DNA from: Candidatus Bathyarchaeia archaeon
Lineage (GTDB): Archaea > Thermoproteota > Bathyarchaeia > Bathyarchaeales > Bathycorpusculaceae
Direction: 5' to 3'
Length of the DNA: 64,000 nt
Assembly: GCA_049512935.1 (NCBI GenBank)
Contig: JBEKWR010000004.1
Coordinates: forward strand, 1-64,000
Positions 1 to 9,302 of this stretch are shown piece by piece. The notes beneath the pieces were generated by a model. It did not search any database and was not told the origin of the DNA. It saw only the letters and a list, made by a program, of their open reading frames with translations. Every line of letters begins with the position of its first letter. Position 1 is the stretch's first letter. Made by a program: the position numbers and the translations under genes.

Positions 1-34
1 CCCAGTTTTTCTTCTCAGAGCAGCCAAAGCAGGA

Positions 35-487
35 GTGCTAACGCTACCCGTCCTCGTCACCGACTCAGTCAAAAAAATAATCAATGAACTTGGCTTCCCA
101 GTGCTGATTTTCGCAGTAAACCCATTCATCTACGATGGCTACAAAATAGCCGGTAACAAAAGCGCCCTTTACCGCGCCATGAAAAGCTTAGGCATGAACT
201 ACAAATTCGCGGTATGTGCGCAACCTCTAAGGGGAGAGCTTTCCGCAGTCAAAACATACTTCGGAAAAACCGTTAACCAAGACATTGACATCCAAAAAAT
301 CGCTGAAAAAGTATACAGAATTTTTGGAATCCCAATTTGCAAATTGTACATACAAAAAACTGTTGACAAAGCTTATCTCTGTGGACTACAACCCGTAGAT
401 AAAGAGGAGCTTTCCGAACAGGACTTGAAAATAATATCCAAAGAGGTCTCGCTCATTTCTGAGCAGGGTGAACCCTTCGGTGTCTAA
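35..487 (+). CDS. Protein associated with the RimK-like ATP-grasp ligase; probably 5'-truncated by the window edge
   Basis: The frame is open from the window start and overlaps the downstream ATP-grasp gene. It resembles a degenerate ATP-grasp/RimK-associated domain. Confidence 0.5.
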   Translation: MLTLPVLVTDSVKKIINELGFPVLIFAVNPFIYDGYKIAGNKSALYRAMKSLGMNYKFAVCAQPLRGELSAVKTYFGKTVNQDIDIQKIAEKVYRIFGIPICKLYIQKTVDKAYLCGLQPVDKEELSEQDLKIISKEVSLISEQGEPFGV

Positions 488-1358
488 GATCGCGTGTTTT
501 GTTGAGAAATATAATTTTACTGATCCTCGGGAGGAAGGCGCACTTCAAAACTTCAAAGCAGCCGCCGAAAAACAGGGAAGCGAATTCCACTTCATTTTCC
601 GCGAAGACATAAACGAAGTCCCAAAATACGACGCCGTCTTCATCAGGGCAACAACTGACCCCTTGAACACGGCTTACGTCGTGTCTAAAACCGCATGGGA
701 ACTGGGCATGAAAGTCATCGACGACCCCGAATCCATAACTATCTGCGGCAACAAAATCCACCAGTACGCCCTGTTCGAAAAGTACAATGTTCCACGCATC
801 CCGACGATGTTTTTGAACAAGGATGAGTTGCACCACAAAAAAATCAGTGACATATTCGAAGCGCTGGGAAAACCCGTCGTCATAAAAGCGCCCTACACGA
901 GTTTCTCGCGTTACGTTGAGAAGGCTGCCTGCGAAACCAGCTTTCGGGAGGTTGCTAAACGCTTCTTCAGGAAATCGGATGTCTTAGCAATTCAAAGGTT
1001 TACACCCACAGCCTTCGACTGGCGAGTCGGCGTGCTAAACAACGACGTTCTTTACGTGTGCAAGTACATGATTCCCAAGGGCAAATGGAAGCACGGCGCC
1101 AAACTCCGCGGCAAACCAACCGTGATTTGGGGCAGAACAGTGAGCTCAAGAAGAAGGGAAATACCCCTCAGGCTTAGGGAAGTGGCGTTGAAGGCTTGCA
1201 GCGTAGTTGGGAAAGGGCTCTACGGCGTAGACATCAAAGAAGTCAACGGCGACTACGTCGTGGTCGAGGTCAACGACAACCCCAGCATCTACGCTGGCTA
1301 CGAAGACTCCTCCGACCGCGACATCTACAAGAGAATCATCAACTACCTATCGGAATAG
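480..1358 (+). CDS. RimK-family ATP-grasp ligase
   Basis: Motifs DAVFIRATT, VIDDP..I..C.NK, PVVIKAP, DWRVGVL and GLYGVDIKE..VVEVNDNPS. Likely start is GTG at 480 (ORF track gives 468). Confidence 0.85.
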   Translation: MSKIACFVEKYNFTDPREEGALQNFKAAAEKQGSEFHFIFREDINEVPKYDAVFIRATTDPLNTAYVVSKTAWELGMKVIDDPESITICGNKIHQYALFEKYNVPRIPTMFLNKDELHHKKISDIFEALGKPVVIKAPYTSFSRYVEKAACETSFREVAKRFFRKSDVLAIQRFTPTAFDWRVGVLNNDVLYVCKYMIPKGKWKHGAKLRGKPTVIWGRTVSSRRREIPLRLREVALKACSVVGKGLYGVDIKEVNGDYVVVEVNDNPSIYAGYEDSSDRDIYKRIINYLSE

Positions 1359-1539
1359 GCACAGCAGCTTCGGCACGTATTCATTTTAGCACTCGTCTAT
1401 CCCGTGCATTGGAGATCAGCATTATGCCTAAAGCACCTTGTCCAAACTGGCAAGCAGTTCCATTCTCCTCAGGCCAACGGGCTGCTCATGCTTTCCGCGA
1501 TCCCTTTTTATAGTGCCCTAAAGAAACCTGCGTAAATTA

Positions 1540-1770
1540 AGCCAGATTCAAGCCCTAAATCAAAAAATCAACCAGAAACAAGCCCCAAGCAGAAGCCACC
1601 TATCCTATAGGGGTACCTACTATTTACATCAAAAAACCAAGGTAAATATGGGTTCGCAAAGACGGAGGAGGGGGTCTAGTATTTGTGACCGAAACCCACC
1701 ACAAAAATGACATATGTTAACTCATTACGACCCTACAGGGTACCCTACTATTAGTGACAAAAACCAGCCA
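1540..1770 (+). repeat. Dispersed intergenic repeat, copy A (core plus three GGGTn(C)CTA(C/G)TATT-like boxes)
   Basis: Core CCCTAAATCAAAAAATCAACCAGAAACAAGCCC at 1553-1585. Positions 1617-1640 are the exact reverse complement of 5508-5531. Confidence 0.8.
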
Positions 1771-1800
1771 CAAAAAGCGCAAGCCACACAGATGTTGCCG

Positions 1801-3750
1801 CTACATTTTTTCTGGCGCGAAGACCCCGATGAGCGTTAAGGCGTTGTGCATCACGATTTCTATGGCTTGCGTCAACGTTAACCGCGCGTCAATGAGCCCC
1901 TCTGAATCCGCCTTCAGAACGGGCAGCGCGTTATAGAACGTGTTGAACTTGTCCGCCAACGCGTTCGCGTAATCCGCAATCAAGTTAGGCTTAAGGTACT
2001 CCGTGGCTTCGACGAACGTGTCGGGGAACCCTGCAAGGTTCAACACCAGTTCGCGCTCAAGCCTCTCAGACAGCAAGTCGAACTCAGGCTTGTCAGCAGC
2101 CCTTGCCGCTTTACGAAGGATGCTGCATGCCCGCGCGTGAGTGTACTGCACGTAGGGTGCACTGTTAGTCTCGAAGTTGAGCACGCGCTCCCAGGTGAAG
2201 ACCACAGGTTTAGACGAGTCAACATCGACAAGGGCGTAACGGACCGCCCCTAAACCTACGAAATCGGCGATTTTACGTTTCTCCTCCTCTGACAGCATGG
2301 GGCTCCGCTTCGAAACCTCTTCGTACGCCCGTTCAACCGCTTCGTCAAGGACATCGTCGAAAGTGATGTAGTGACCCCTGCGGCTGCTCATCTTGTAACC
2401 AGGCAAAGTGACCAGGTTATAGGCGAAGTGAACAAGGTTATCAGCCTGCTCGCCATAGCTCAGAGCGTAGAGAGCAAGTTTAAGCTGCAACTGCGCCAGC
2501 GACTGCTCCATCCCGATGACGTTGACGACTTTCTGCGCGTGCTTAAACTTCCACAGAGTGTAGGCTACGTCACGAGTCGTGTACAGTGTGGTGCCGTCGG
2601 CCCGCATGAGCGTCAACGGCGGAACCTCATTGTTCTCGCTCAAACCCAGCTTGCCCTTTAACTGGAAGACGTCAACAACTTTTTCAGCGTCGAACTCCAG
2701 CACGCCCTTTTCGCTGTAAACGAACGGCGACGTCTTGAGCTTCTGCAAAACCTCGCTGACCTGCGGGCTCCACACAAAATCGCTCTCCCAATCCCAACTG
2801 TCATAGGAGACGCCGACCCGCTTCATGGTTTCTCTGAAGCCTTCCAAACACAGGTCACTGACTTCACGGATAAGCTGCTTAGCGCTGGGCTGCCCGTCCT
2901 CGTAAGCTCGGTTAAGCCTGTTGATCTCCTCCTCAGGGTTCTCATCCAAGCCGATTTTACCCGTCAAAGCATCAAACAGCACTGGGTACTTCTCTTTAAG
3001 CTCCGCCGCAATCGACATCCACTCGTCAATTTCCTTGTTCACCTTCGCCAAATCATCCACCGAATTGACGGCAACCGCCAGTTCACGAGCCCTCTTTAAA
3101 CGGTTAATCTCGACAAGACAGCTGGTCACCGTGTAGATTTTACCAACGAAAAGGTCGGGTTTCTCTGTCGGCTTTGGCCTGCCCAGCTTATCGTATCCGT
3201 AAGCGACGACGGACGATTGCCTTCCCACGTCGTCAATGTAGTAGTGACGCGAAACCCTGTGTCCCCTACACTCTAAGATGCGAGCCAACGCGTCGCCGAG
3301 CATCGGGTTTCGGGCTTGCCCAATGTGTATCGGATGAAGCGGGTTAACGCTGGTGTGCTCAACAATGATTTTGGCTGGTTTCGCGGCTTTGATGAAGCCG
3401 TAGTCAAACTTTAACGCCTTAATCGATTCAAGCGTTAGGGCTGAAAACTTGGGGAAGTTAACGTGGAAGTTGATGTATCCCCCGCCTGCGCATGAAACCT
3501 TCTCAATCAGGCTGAAGCTTGACTTATCGATCGCGTCGACAAGGAGCTGTGCCACGGTAAGCGGCTTCTGATTCAACTTCTTCGCCAACTCAAAACACAG
3601 CGAGGAAGCCAACTGCCCGTACTCGATGTTGGGTGTTTTGCTCAGCGTAATGCTTGGCATTTTTATCTCTGGCAGCGTCTTCTTCAAAGCGCCCGCTAAA
3701 GCGGCTTGGCATTCTTGACGAAACATGTCAAACGGGTTTTCTGAAATCAT
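1801..3750 (-). CDS. argS: Arginine--tRNA ligase
   Basis: VEHTSVNP..PIHIGQARN (HIGH motif), KMSSRRG, RADGTTLYTTRD, PYVQYTHARACSIL. Confidence 0.97.
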   Translation of the reverse strand: MISENPFDMFRQECQAALAGALKKTLPEIKMPSITLSKTPNIEYGQLASSLCFELAKKLNQKPLTVAQLLVDAIDKSSFSLIEKVSCAGGGYINFHVNFPKFSALTLESIKALKFDYGFIKAAKPAKIIVEHTSVNPLHPIHIGQARNPMLGDALARILECRGHRVSRHYYIDDVGRQSSVVAYGYDKLGRPKPTEKPDLFVGKIYTVTSCLVEINRLKRARELAVAVNSVDDLAKVNKEIDEWMSIAAELKEKYPVLFDALTGKIGLDENPEEEINRLNRAYEDGQPSAKQLIREVSDLCLEGFRETMKRVGVSYDSWDWESDFVWSPQVSEVLQKLKTSPFVYSEKGVLEFDAEKVVDVFQLKGKLGLSENNEVPPLTLMRADGTTLYTTRDVAYTLWKFKHAQKVVNVIGMEQSLAQLQLKLALYALSYGEQADNLVHFAYNLVTLPGYKMSSRRGHYITFDDVLDEAVERAYEEVSKRSPMLSEEEKRKIADFVGLGAVRYALVDVDSSKPVVFTWERVLNFETNSAPYVQYTHARACSILRKAARAADKPEFDLLSERLERELVLNLAGFPDTFVEATEYLKPNLIADYANALADKFNTFYNALPVLKADSEGLIDARLTLTQAIEIVMHNALTLIGVFAPEKM

Positions 3751-3830
3751 CAAGCTTCTTCTCCGACCGCGCGATGCAAACTTGCTTAGTTAATGTTTTA
3801 AAGTTAAATCGTGACTTATCTGTGTGATGG

Positions 3831-4691
3831 ATGCCGTTGACGATGAAAACCAAGATTGTCTATTCAGAAAAATGTTTAGGTTACGGCGCGTGGCACGTTG
3901 AGGGGCCGCAGAGGGTCAGGGTTGCTTCTGAAATTTTAAGGGCGAAGGGTTACGAGTTCGTGGAGCCTGCGCCTGCAAGTGAAGAGGACTTGTTGACGGT
4001 TCATGACGCCGACTACCTCTGGAAGGTTAAGAAGGGCTTGGTGGAGGATTCGGACACGCCCGCATACGACAACATCTACGAGTACGCAAGGCTCAGCGTC
4101 GGCGGCGCACTTTTAGCCAGCAAAATCAACGGGTTCTCCTTGATGCGTCCGCCTGGGCACCATGTGGGACGAAGCGGCGCTGCGTTGGGCGTTTACACGC
4201 GCGGGTTCTGCTACCTCAACAACATCGCCATCGCCGTTAAAGAAATGGGCAAGAAAACGTTGATTTTGGACATCGACGGGCATCATGGTAACGGTACGCA
4301 GGAGGTTTTTCAAGGTGATGAGAAAGTCATGTACCTGTCCCTGCATCAATCGCCGAATTACCCAGGAACAGGCGAGGTTACTGAAGGAAACTGCGTCAAC
4401 TTCGCTTTGCCGCCCAACGCTGGAGGACGCGTGTATTTGGGGACGCTGGATAAAGCCTTAGGCAGGGTTGACTTCGGATGGGTCGAGGCCGTGGCGGTTT
4501 CTTGCGGTTTTGACACGCACTTGGGGGATTTAGCGTCTTTAGGGCTGGTTGAAAACGACTACTGGGAGATCGGAAAAAGGGTTGCAGGAATCAAGAAACC
4601 CGCCTTTTTCGTTCTGGAAGGCGGCTACATAGGCGAAAAGCTGGGTTTAGACATCGACAGTTTACTGAGGGGCTATGAAGAAAACAGGTGA
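3831..4691 (+). CDS. Histone deacetylase-family (AcuC/AphA-like) protein
   Basis: RPPGHH, GFCYLNN, ILDIDGHHGNGTQ, GFDTH..D, LEGGY. Confidence 0.93.
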   Translation: MPLTMKTKIVYSEKCLGYGAWHVEGPQRVRVASEILRAKGYEFVEPAPASEEDLLTVHDADYLWKVKKGLVEDSDTPAYDNIYEYARLSVGGALLASKINGFSLMRPPGHHVGRSGAALGVYTRGFCYLNNIAIAVKEMGKKTLILDIDGHHGNGTQEVFQGDEKVMYLSLHQSPNYPGTGEVTEGNCVNFALPPNAGGRVYLGTLDKALGRVDFGWVEAVAVSCGFDTHLGDLASLGLVENDYWEIGKRVAGIKKPAFFVLEGGYIGEKLGLDIDSLLRGYEENR

Positions 4692-4704
4692 AGATAAAGG
4701 AAGC

Positions 4705-5334
4705 CTAAGGGTTCTGTTTTTCTCTTGTTTCCATGGTTTTCTTGTTTAGCTTTTCCAGTGTCGCCGTGACTTTCTCGGATCGTTTCTCGGCGTTTGCTAG
4801 GAGCGGTTTCCAGTCTTTGTTCTTTGCCATGGTGGTCATCTGTTCGCATTGGGCAGGTAGTTGTGCTAAGGCGTCGTTGAAGCGTTTGTCTGCTGCTTCG
4901 TCGGACTCGACTATTTCTAAGGCTTCTTCGGGGCATGCTTCCTTGCATTTGGGTTCGCCTTGGCATAGGTCGCAGGCGATGGCTTTTCCCGTCATTGGGT
5001 TGATGGTTATTCCGCCGTGTTCGCAGGCTTGGACGCACCAGTCGCAGCCTTTGCAGGCGTTGTCGTCGATTATGAGCAGTCCCGTTTCTTCTGACTGTAC
5101 GATTGCCTTCTCCGGGCATGCTTTTACGCATCTTGCGTCTTTGCAGCCTCGGCATGACAGTGCAAAGTTGAAGACAGGCGTCATGCGGACAACTCGGATT
5201 CTGGAACGCATCGGGTTCCAGATAGCCTCGCCCTTCTCCACCGTGCAAGCGTACTCGCAGATTCCGCAGCCGATGCATTTGGCTGGGTCAACTGAGATGA
5301 ATTTCCTTTTTTGTTCAGTTTTGGCGACTTGCAT
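4705..5334 (-). CDS. 4Fe-4S dicluster electron-transfer protein (CooF/HydN-like)
   Basis: Four CxxC..C..CP/CE clusters (CIGCGICEYAC, CRGC..C..ACP, CKGCDWCVQACE, CDLC..C..ACP). Likely start is the Met at 5334. Confidence 0.88.
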   Translation of the reverse strand: MQVAKTEQKRKFISVDPAKCIGCGICEYACTVEKGEAIWNPMRSRIRVVRMTPVFNFALSCRGCKDARCVKACPEKAIVQSEETGLLIIDDNACKGCDWCVQACEHGGITINPMTGKAIACDLCQGEPKCKEACPEEALEIVESDEAADKRFNDALAQLPAQCEQMTTMAKNKDWKPLLANAEKRSEKVTATLEKLNKKTMETREKQNP

Positions 5335-5479
5335 TTTGATGACCAGACCCTTTTTGGTGTTGAAATATGTGTGCATCATTACCTTTTAACCGTTACTTAA
5401 GAAAAGCCGTTTTTCGATGGAAAAGACGCGTTGCTGATGCCTTCTTTTGCGGCTGGTTCCGTGAAAAATGGCGTGTTTG

Positions 5480-5755
5480 GTTTGAGCTTTTGGTATCCAT
5501 ATTTGTGTTGGTTTTTTGATGTAAATAGTAGACCCCCTCCCCCCTCCCTATCGGGTAGGATAGGGCTTGTTTCATGTTGATTTTTTGGTTTAGAGCCTAA
5601 ATCAAGCTCAAAGGATTTCGTTTTTCCGTGAAGAAAACAGAGGACTAGCTGAAAAAACAGGTATAAATCCATTGATACCTGAATCCAGATGCTCTATCAA
5701 ACGGCAGTTCGGTTCAGGCAGGGCTTGTTTTGGGTTGATTTTTTGATTTAGGGTC
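5480..5755 (-). repeat. Dispersed intergenic repeat, copies B (5480-5610) and C (5721-5753), inverted relative to copy A
   Basis: The reverse complement of 5721-5753 matches 1553-1585 at 31/33. Positions 5563-5596 are a further core, and 5508-5531 is a 24-bp exact match to copy A. Confidence 0.8.
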
Positions 5756-6030
5756 TGGTTCTTTTTGGCGGTTGAGCTGGGTGAAGCGGGGAAGGTGTGG
5801 TTTCGGTTTAGGGTTTTTGGAATATTCCAAAAGTTTATGGGACTTAACCGCTCAACGACAAGCCAATCAAGCGGCTCCTGTTTGGGGCTGCTTTTCGGTT
5901 TTGGAGCTCGGGTGTGTTTTGGCTGGGGAAGGGTGGGTTTGGCGAAAAGATCGGTTTCGCCCAGAGAGCCTGTTTTTTGCGCATTACGAGATGCCTGATG
6001 AGCAGGCTGGCGAGCTTTAACAGGCATTAA

Positions 6031-6063
6031 CCTTAAATAACTGTAAATAGTGTAATGTTTACA
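6031..6063 (+). promoter_or_regulatory. TATA-like box followed by palindromic operator TGTAAA-N10-TTTACA (6042-6063)
   Basis: CCTTAAATAACTGTAAATAGTGTAATGTTTACA, with identical spacing to the site at 7021-7053. Confidence 0.7.
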
Positions 6064-6075
6064 CGAGGCTGGAAA

Positions 6076-6921
6076 ATGATGAAGTTTCCACAATCAACCG
6101 TTTCCGCAACACCAACTTCCTTAGCCACCGAACCATCAACCAAAGAATCGAGCAGAAAAAAACTCTACATCATCGTCGCCGCCGTCATAGCAATCGCAAT
6201 AATCGTAGCAGCCCTGCTTTTTATCCCCCAAAGCAACGCAGACGTGATTCCCCTTGGCGTCCACTATTCTGCTGGTGAAAAACTCACCTATGCCCTGACA
6301 ACCCAATTGTCAACGGACGCCACAGGAATCTCAACGAGTGTAAGCTCAAATGGCACTGTAACCATTGACGTTGTAAGCTTCGACGGCGTCACCTACACCT
6401 TAAACTACACAACAACCTCCTCCATGCTAGGCTACTCAATAACCACCTCCAAAATCATTCAGGTAAATGACAGCCAAATAGTTACAACCCTTGCTCTGCT
6501 ACCCGTTGCGCTCCAACAATTCGCTTCCATTGGAAATGATACTGGCCCGTTGATGACTGGGTTCTTTAACCAGACACAAGCTAAAGTGGGAGATACATGG
6601 AACATCCCTCTCAGCAGCATGAATTCGAGCACTGGTCAAACTGGCGAATTAACGCTCACGTTCAGAGCGATTCAGGACCTTACTGTTCAGGCTGGCAGCT
6701 ATAAAGTCTTCAGAATCGACTTTTCAACTAGTACACAAGGAAGCCAAAGCAATCTTAACGCCTTGACTCTGCAGCTATCAGGGCAATCATACCTTGAGGT
6801 TGGTACGTGCAAACAAATTCAAAGTACTCTCCAAATGAACATGACATCTGAACTTGGCAATACTAACTATAACTTAGAGTACACAATCACAAGCACGCTA
6901 AAGGCAGATAGCGAACCATAA
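6076..6921 (+). CDS. Membrane-anchored extracellular Ser/Thr-rich protein
   Basis: One N-terminal TM helix after RKK, then a beta-rich Thr/Ser domain with a 'LTVQAGSYKVFRI' motif. Start is likely ATG 6076 because the ORF-track start (6055) lies inside the operator. Confidence 0.7.
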   Translation: MMKFPQSTVSATPTSLATEPSTKESSRKKLYIIVAAVIAIAIIVAALLFIPQSNADVIPLGVHYSAGEKLTYALTTQLSTDATGISTSVSSNGTVTIDVVSFDGVTYTLNYTTTSSMLGYSITTSKIIQVNDSQIVTTLALLPVALQQFASIGNDTGPLMTGFFNQTQAKVGDTWNIPLSSMNSSTGQTGELTLTFRAIQDLTVQAGSYKVFRIDFSTSTQGSQSNLNALTLQLSGQSYLEVGTCKQIQSTLQMNMTSELGNTNYNLEYTITSTLKADSEP

Positions 6922-7020
6922 AAAGTTGGAGAGAAGCCCTCTTCTTTTTTTGTCATAGGCGTTTTAGAGTTTTATCGTAAAAAGTTGGGCTTATGGCTTC
7001 TGACCGCTTACTTGCGCAAG

Positions 7021-7053
7021 CCTTAAATTATTGTAAATAGAACACTGTTTACA
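7021..7053 (+). promoter_or_regulatory. TATA-like box followed by palindromic operator TGTAAA-N10-TTTACA (7032-7053)
   Basis: CCTTAAATTATTGTAAATAGAACACTGTTTACA, ending 7 bp upstream of the HTH gene start. Confidence 0.7.
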
Positions 7054-7060
7054 GATACAT

Positions 7061-7543
7061 ATGCCGACCAACTGCACCGTTTCGTCACCCCTCAGCGAAA
7101 GTCAAAAAACAATCTGGCAACTAATCAGCACAGGCCTAAGCGTCTCCTGCATCGCCGAAAAACTCAAAACCACGCGCCAATACGTCAACCAAACCCGCCT
7201 AACCGCCGAAGCCAAACTCTCCAGCACCCTCCTCGAAGTCGCACAAGTCAACGACCTCCAAGTCACCCGGCTCTACCCCAAACAAGCCATACTCCTCGGC
7301 TACCACCCCGCCCTAAAACGCCAAGCCATCATCACCTACACGACCAGCCACGGCTTAAAAGTCTGGTACTGGCACGACAACCCCGAAGAAGTAACCGACA
7401 CAGCCTTCCTAAACCAAACAAGACAGTATCTAATCGACATCGCCAAAGAAAGAGGCATAACCGTTGAAAACGCGGCAAACATCCACCCTGCCAAGCTGGC
7501 ACACATGATTTTCACCCAACTTATTCCAGAGTTGAAAACATGA
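7061..7543 (+). CDS. HTH transcriptional regulator (sigma-70 region 4/LuxR-like N-terminal HTH) heading the GW-x-P gene array
   Basis: LSESQKTIW..GLSVSCIAEKLKTTRQYVNQ has an HTH pattern. The C-terminal domain contains HGLKVWYWH. ATGA overlap with the next gene. Confidence 0.75.
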   Translation: MPTNCTVSSPLSESQKTIWQLISTGLSVSCIAEKLKTTRQYVNQTRLTAEAKLSSTLLEVAQVNDLQVTRLYPKQAILLGYHPALKRQAIITYTTSHGLKVWYWHDNPEEVTDTAFLNQTRQYLIDIAKERGITVENAANIHPAKLAHMIFTQLIPELKT

Positions 7544-7549
7544 ATGCAA
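7518..7549 (+). repeat. Gene-junction direct repeat, copy 1 (AACTTATTCCAGAGTTGAAAACATGAATGCAA)
   Basis: 7518-7543 matches 8141-8166 at 25/26; 7529-7549 matches 10398-10418 at 21/21. Confidence 0.9.
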
Positions 7550-8166
7550 GAAAAAGGTTAGAATCACGCATTCGGGGATGGCTTCCAAAAGAGTCAAATC
7601 TACCTAAACCTCATCAGCGATATGCTCAGCCGACGACAATTAACCAAAAGCACATAACAAGGGAGCCCCACTCAAGAAAACAAACAACTGGCATTCTAAT
7701 TTTTGCATCTGCATTCGCTCTCCTAACTCTTGCTTTTGTTGATTTTCAAGTAATCAACTCTATCATCACTTGGCAAGTAGCAGCGATTTATCTGGTCATA
7801 GGATTAATTGCGGGTTGGCTTATCAGTTCACCTTTCATCAAAAGACAACTCAAATTATTGCGGGAAAAAGGAGAAATAAATTATGGTGCCTTTCTATATC
7901 GTGTGGCTATTTCTCTGGCGGTTGTTGTTGCTGTTTCAGGCATTACTGGGTTCTTATTTTCGTATCTTTCATTACAGATAAAGACTATATACGCTGACTC
8001 GTTTTTAGGTGGTATCTTGGGTTTTTTCTGCTCATGGGCAATTCTCTTCTTCAAATGGGAAAAAACCTATCGAATGCGCATCTACGGGACGCGGGACAGA
8101 TTGTACGCTATTTCTCAAAACGAAAATCCTAACGTGTCTAAACTTATTCCCGAGTTGAAAACATGA
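7540..8166 (+). CDS. Array member 1: 4-TM membrane protein with N-terminal RIRGWLPKE (DUF1673-like)
   Basis: Begins MNARKRLESRIRGWLPKE. Four hydrophobic helices, C-terminal WEK..RMRI. It ends in LIPELKT, as the regulator does. Confidence 0.75.
   Translation: MNARKRLESRIRGWLPKESNLPKPHQRYAQPTTINQKHITREPHSRKQTTGILIFASAFALLTLAFVDFQVINSIITWQVAAIYLVIGLIAGWLISSPFIKRQLKLLREKGEINYGAFLYRVAISLAVVVAVSGITGFLFSYLSLQIKTIYADSFLGGILGFFCSWAILFFKWEKTYRMRIYGTRDRLYAISQNENPNVSKLIPELKT
8141..8166 (+). repeat. Gene-junction direct repeat, copy 2
   Basis: AACTTATTCCCGAGTTGAAAACATGA. Confidence 0.9.
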
Positions 8167-9302
8167 CCCTAAAGAAAAGTTTAAAATCGCGCATCAGAGG
8201 CTGGCTACCAGAAGAACCCCAGTTGCACAGAAACGTAAGCTCAACAAAACTGCGTCCTCAAATCGCCGTTCTTCTAACAGTCAGCTTAGTGGTTGCTTCC
8301 TCTGTAGGGGGATATCTGGTTTATCGTGAACTTCTTCCCGTTGTACCGAACCCGCAAGCGTCGTCTCGAGTTACTCAGGACATTTATATCTTCCCAGAAG
8401 GCGTCTCGCCTGCTTCTGCTTCGAACCTCTTGAGTAAGAACGGCGACGTCTACACATTCACGGAGAACATATCGGACCCAGTATACGTTGATAGCAACAA
8501 CACAGTTCTCAACGGCGCAGGCTACTCACTGCTTGGATTCAGGGTACAAGTCGACGGCGGACAAAACAACGTTACCGTTGAAAACCTAAAAGTTTACCAA
8601 GGCGGTATCGACCTGCAAGGGAGCAATTATGACACCGTCTGTGGCAACTACATAGTGGGAGACGTTGGCGTGCTTGTCCGTGGAAGTTACAACTCAGTAA
8701 CCAATAACAGCATCGTAAGCACTTCCGACGGAGGAAACACAGGTCAGAAGCTTCCATTATCCGGCGGAGACTCGCTCAACTGCGGAATTGAAATGGACGC
8801 TCTCCCAGTTTTTGACCAACAACATGCAACTAACTATAATAATGTAACAGGAAACCAAGTCTGCAATTTCCAAAACGGAATTCTGCTTTGGAATGCTTCG
8901 GAGAACTTCGTGGCAAATAATTACTTCGCGAATAACGCCGAAGGGATAACGCTGCAACAGGGAACAGGTAACACTTTCGTCGGGAACACCGTTCAAGGAA
9001 GTCTCTACGCTGTCACGCCTAATCAAGCCTCCAACAACACCTTCTTTGGCAACAGCTTTGTTGATAACAAAAACCAAATTGTTGACGCACAGACTTACAG
9101 CTCAATAAAAGTGCAGGCTTCGGTTAACATCTGGGATAACGGCACAATCGGCAACTACTGGAGCAACTACCATGAGCTCTACCCGAAAGCTCAGGAAATC
9201 AGTTCAAGCGGCGTTGAAGACACACCCTACCAAATCTACGCAAACAACACAGACCAGTATCCACTCAGTGCAGCCAGCGGGAACATGGGGGCAGATGGCT
9301 AA
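8163..9302 (+). CDS. Array member 2: single-TM protein with extracellular right-handed beta-helix (NosD/CASH-like) and N-terminal RIRGWLPEE
   Basis: Asn-rich parallel beta-helix repeats (GILLWNASENFVANNYF, GNTFVGNTV) and WDNGTIGNYWSNY...DQYPL. Confidence 0.85.
   Translation: MTLKKSLKSRIRGWLPEEPQLHRNVSSTKLRPQIAVLLTVSLVVASSVGGYLVYRELLPVVPNPQASSRVTQDIYIFPEGVSPASASNLLSKNGDVYTFTENISDPVYVDSNNTVLNGAGYSLLGFRVQVDGGQNNVTVENLKVYQGGIDLQGSNYDTVCGNYIVGDVGVLVRGSYNSVTNNSIVSTSDGGNTGQKLPLSGGDSLNCGIEMDALPVFDQQHATNYNNVTGNQVCNFQNGILLWNASENFVANNYFANNAEGITLQQGTGNTFVGNTVQGSLYAVTPNQASNNTFFGNSFVDNKNQIVDAQTYSSIKVQASVNIWDNGTIGNYWSNYHELYPKAQEISSSGVEDTPYQIYANNTDQYPLSAASGNMGADG

Noticed and set aside
1540-1790. Possible CRISPR array (boxes at roughly 60-65 bp spacing)
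   Set aside because: Only three short degenerate boxes, no identical 24-40 bp repeats, and no cas genes in the window.
5520-5528. Operator half-site TGTAAATAG inside repeat copy B
   Set aside because: The second half-site (TTTACA) is missing at the required spacing; probably coincidental.
5397-6093. ORFs 5397-5672, 5608-6093 and 5765-6020 (also 46522-46755, 36469-36651 and the 5' part of 59827-60045)
   Set aside because: Low-complexity K/Q/P-rich or G/F-rich translations of the strand-skewed repeat DNA, with no protein motifs.
7540-7590. RIRGW tag as a Tat or class III signal peptide
   Set aside because: There is no RR-x-FL consensus, and the tag is followed by a polar stretch rather than directly by a hydrophobic helix.
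9172-9294. ORF-track starts at 9172 and 10382 for array members
   Set aside because: They overlap the upstream genes. The Met just before the shared tag (9295, 10409) matches the pattern of the other members.
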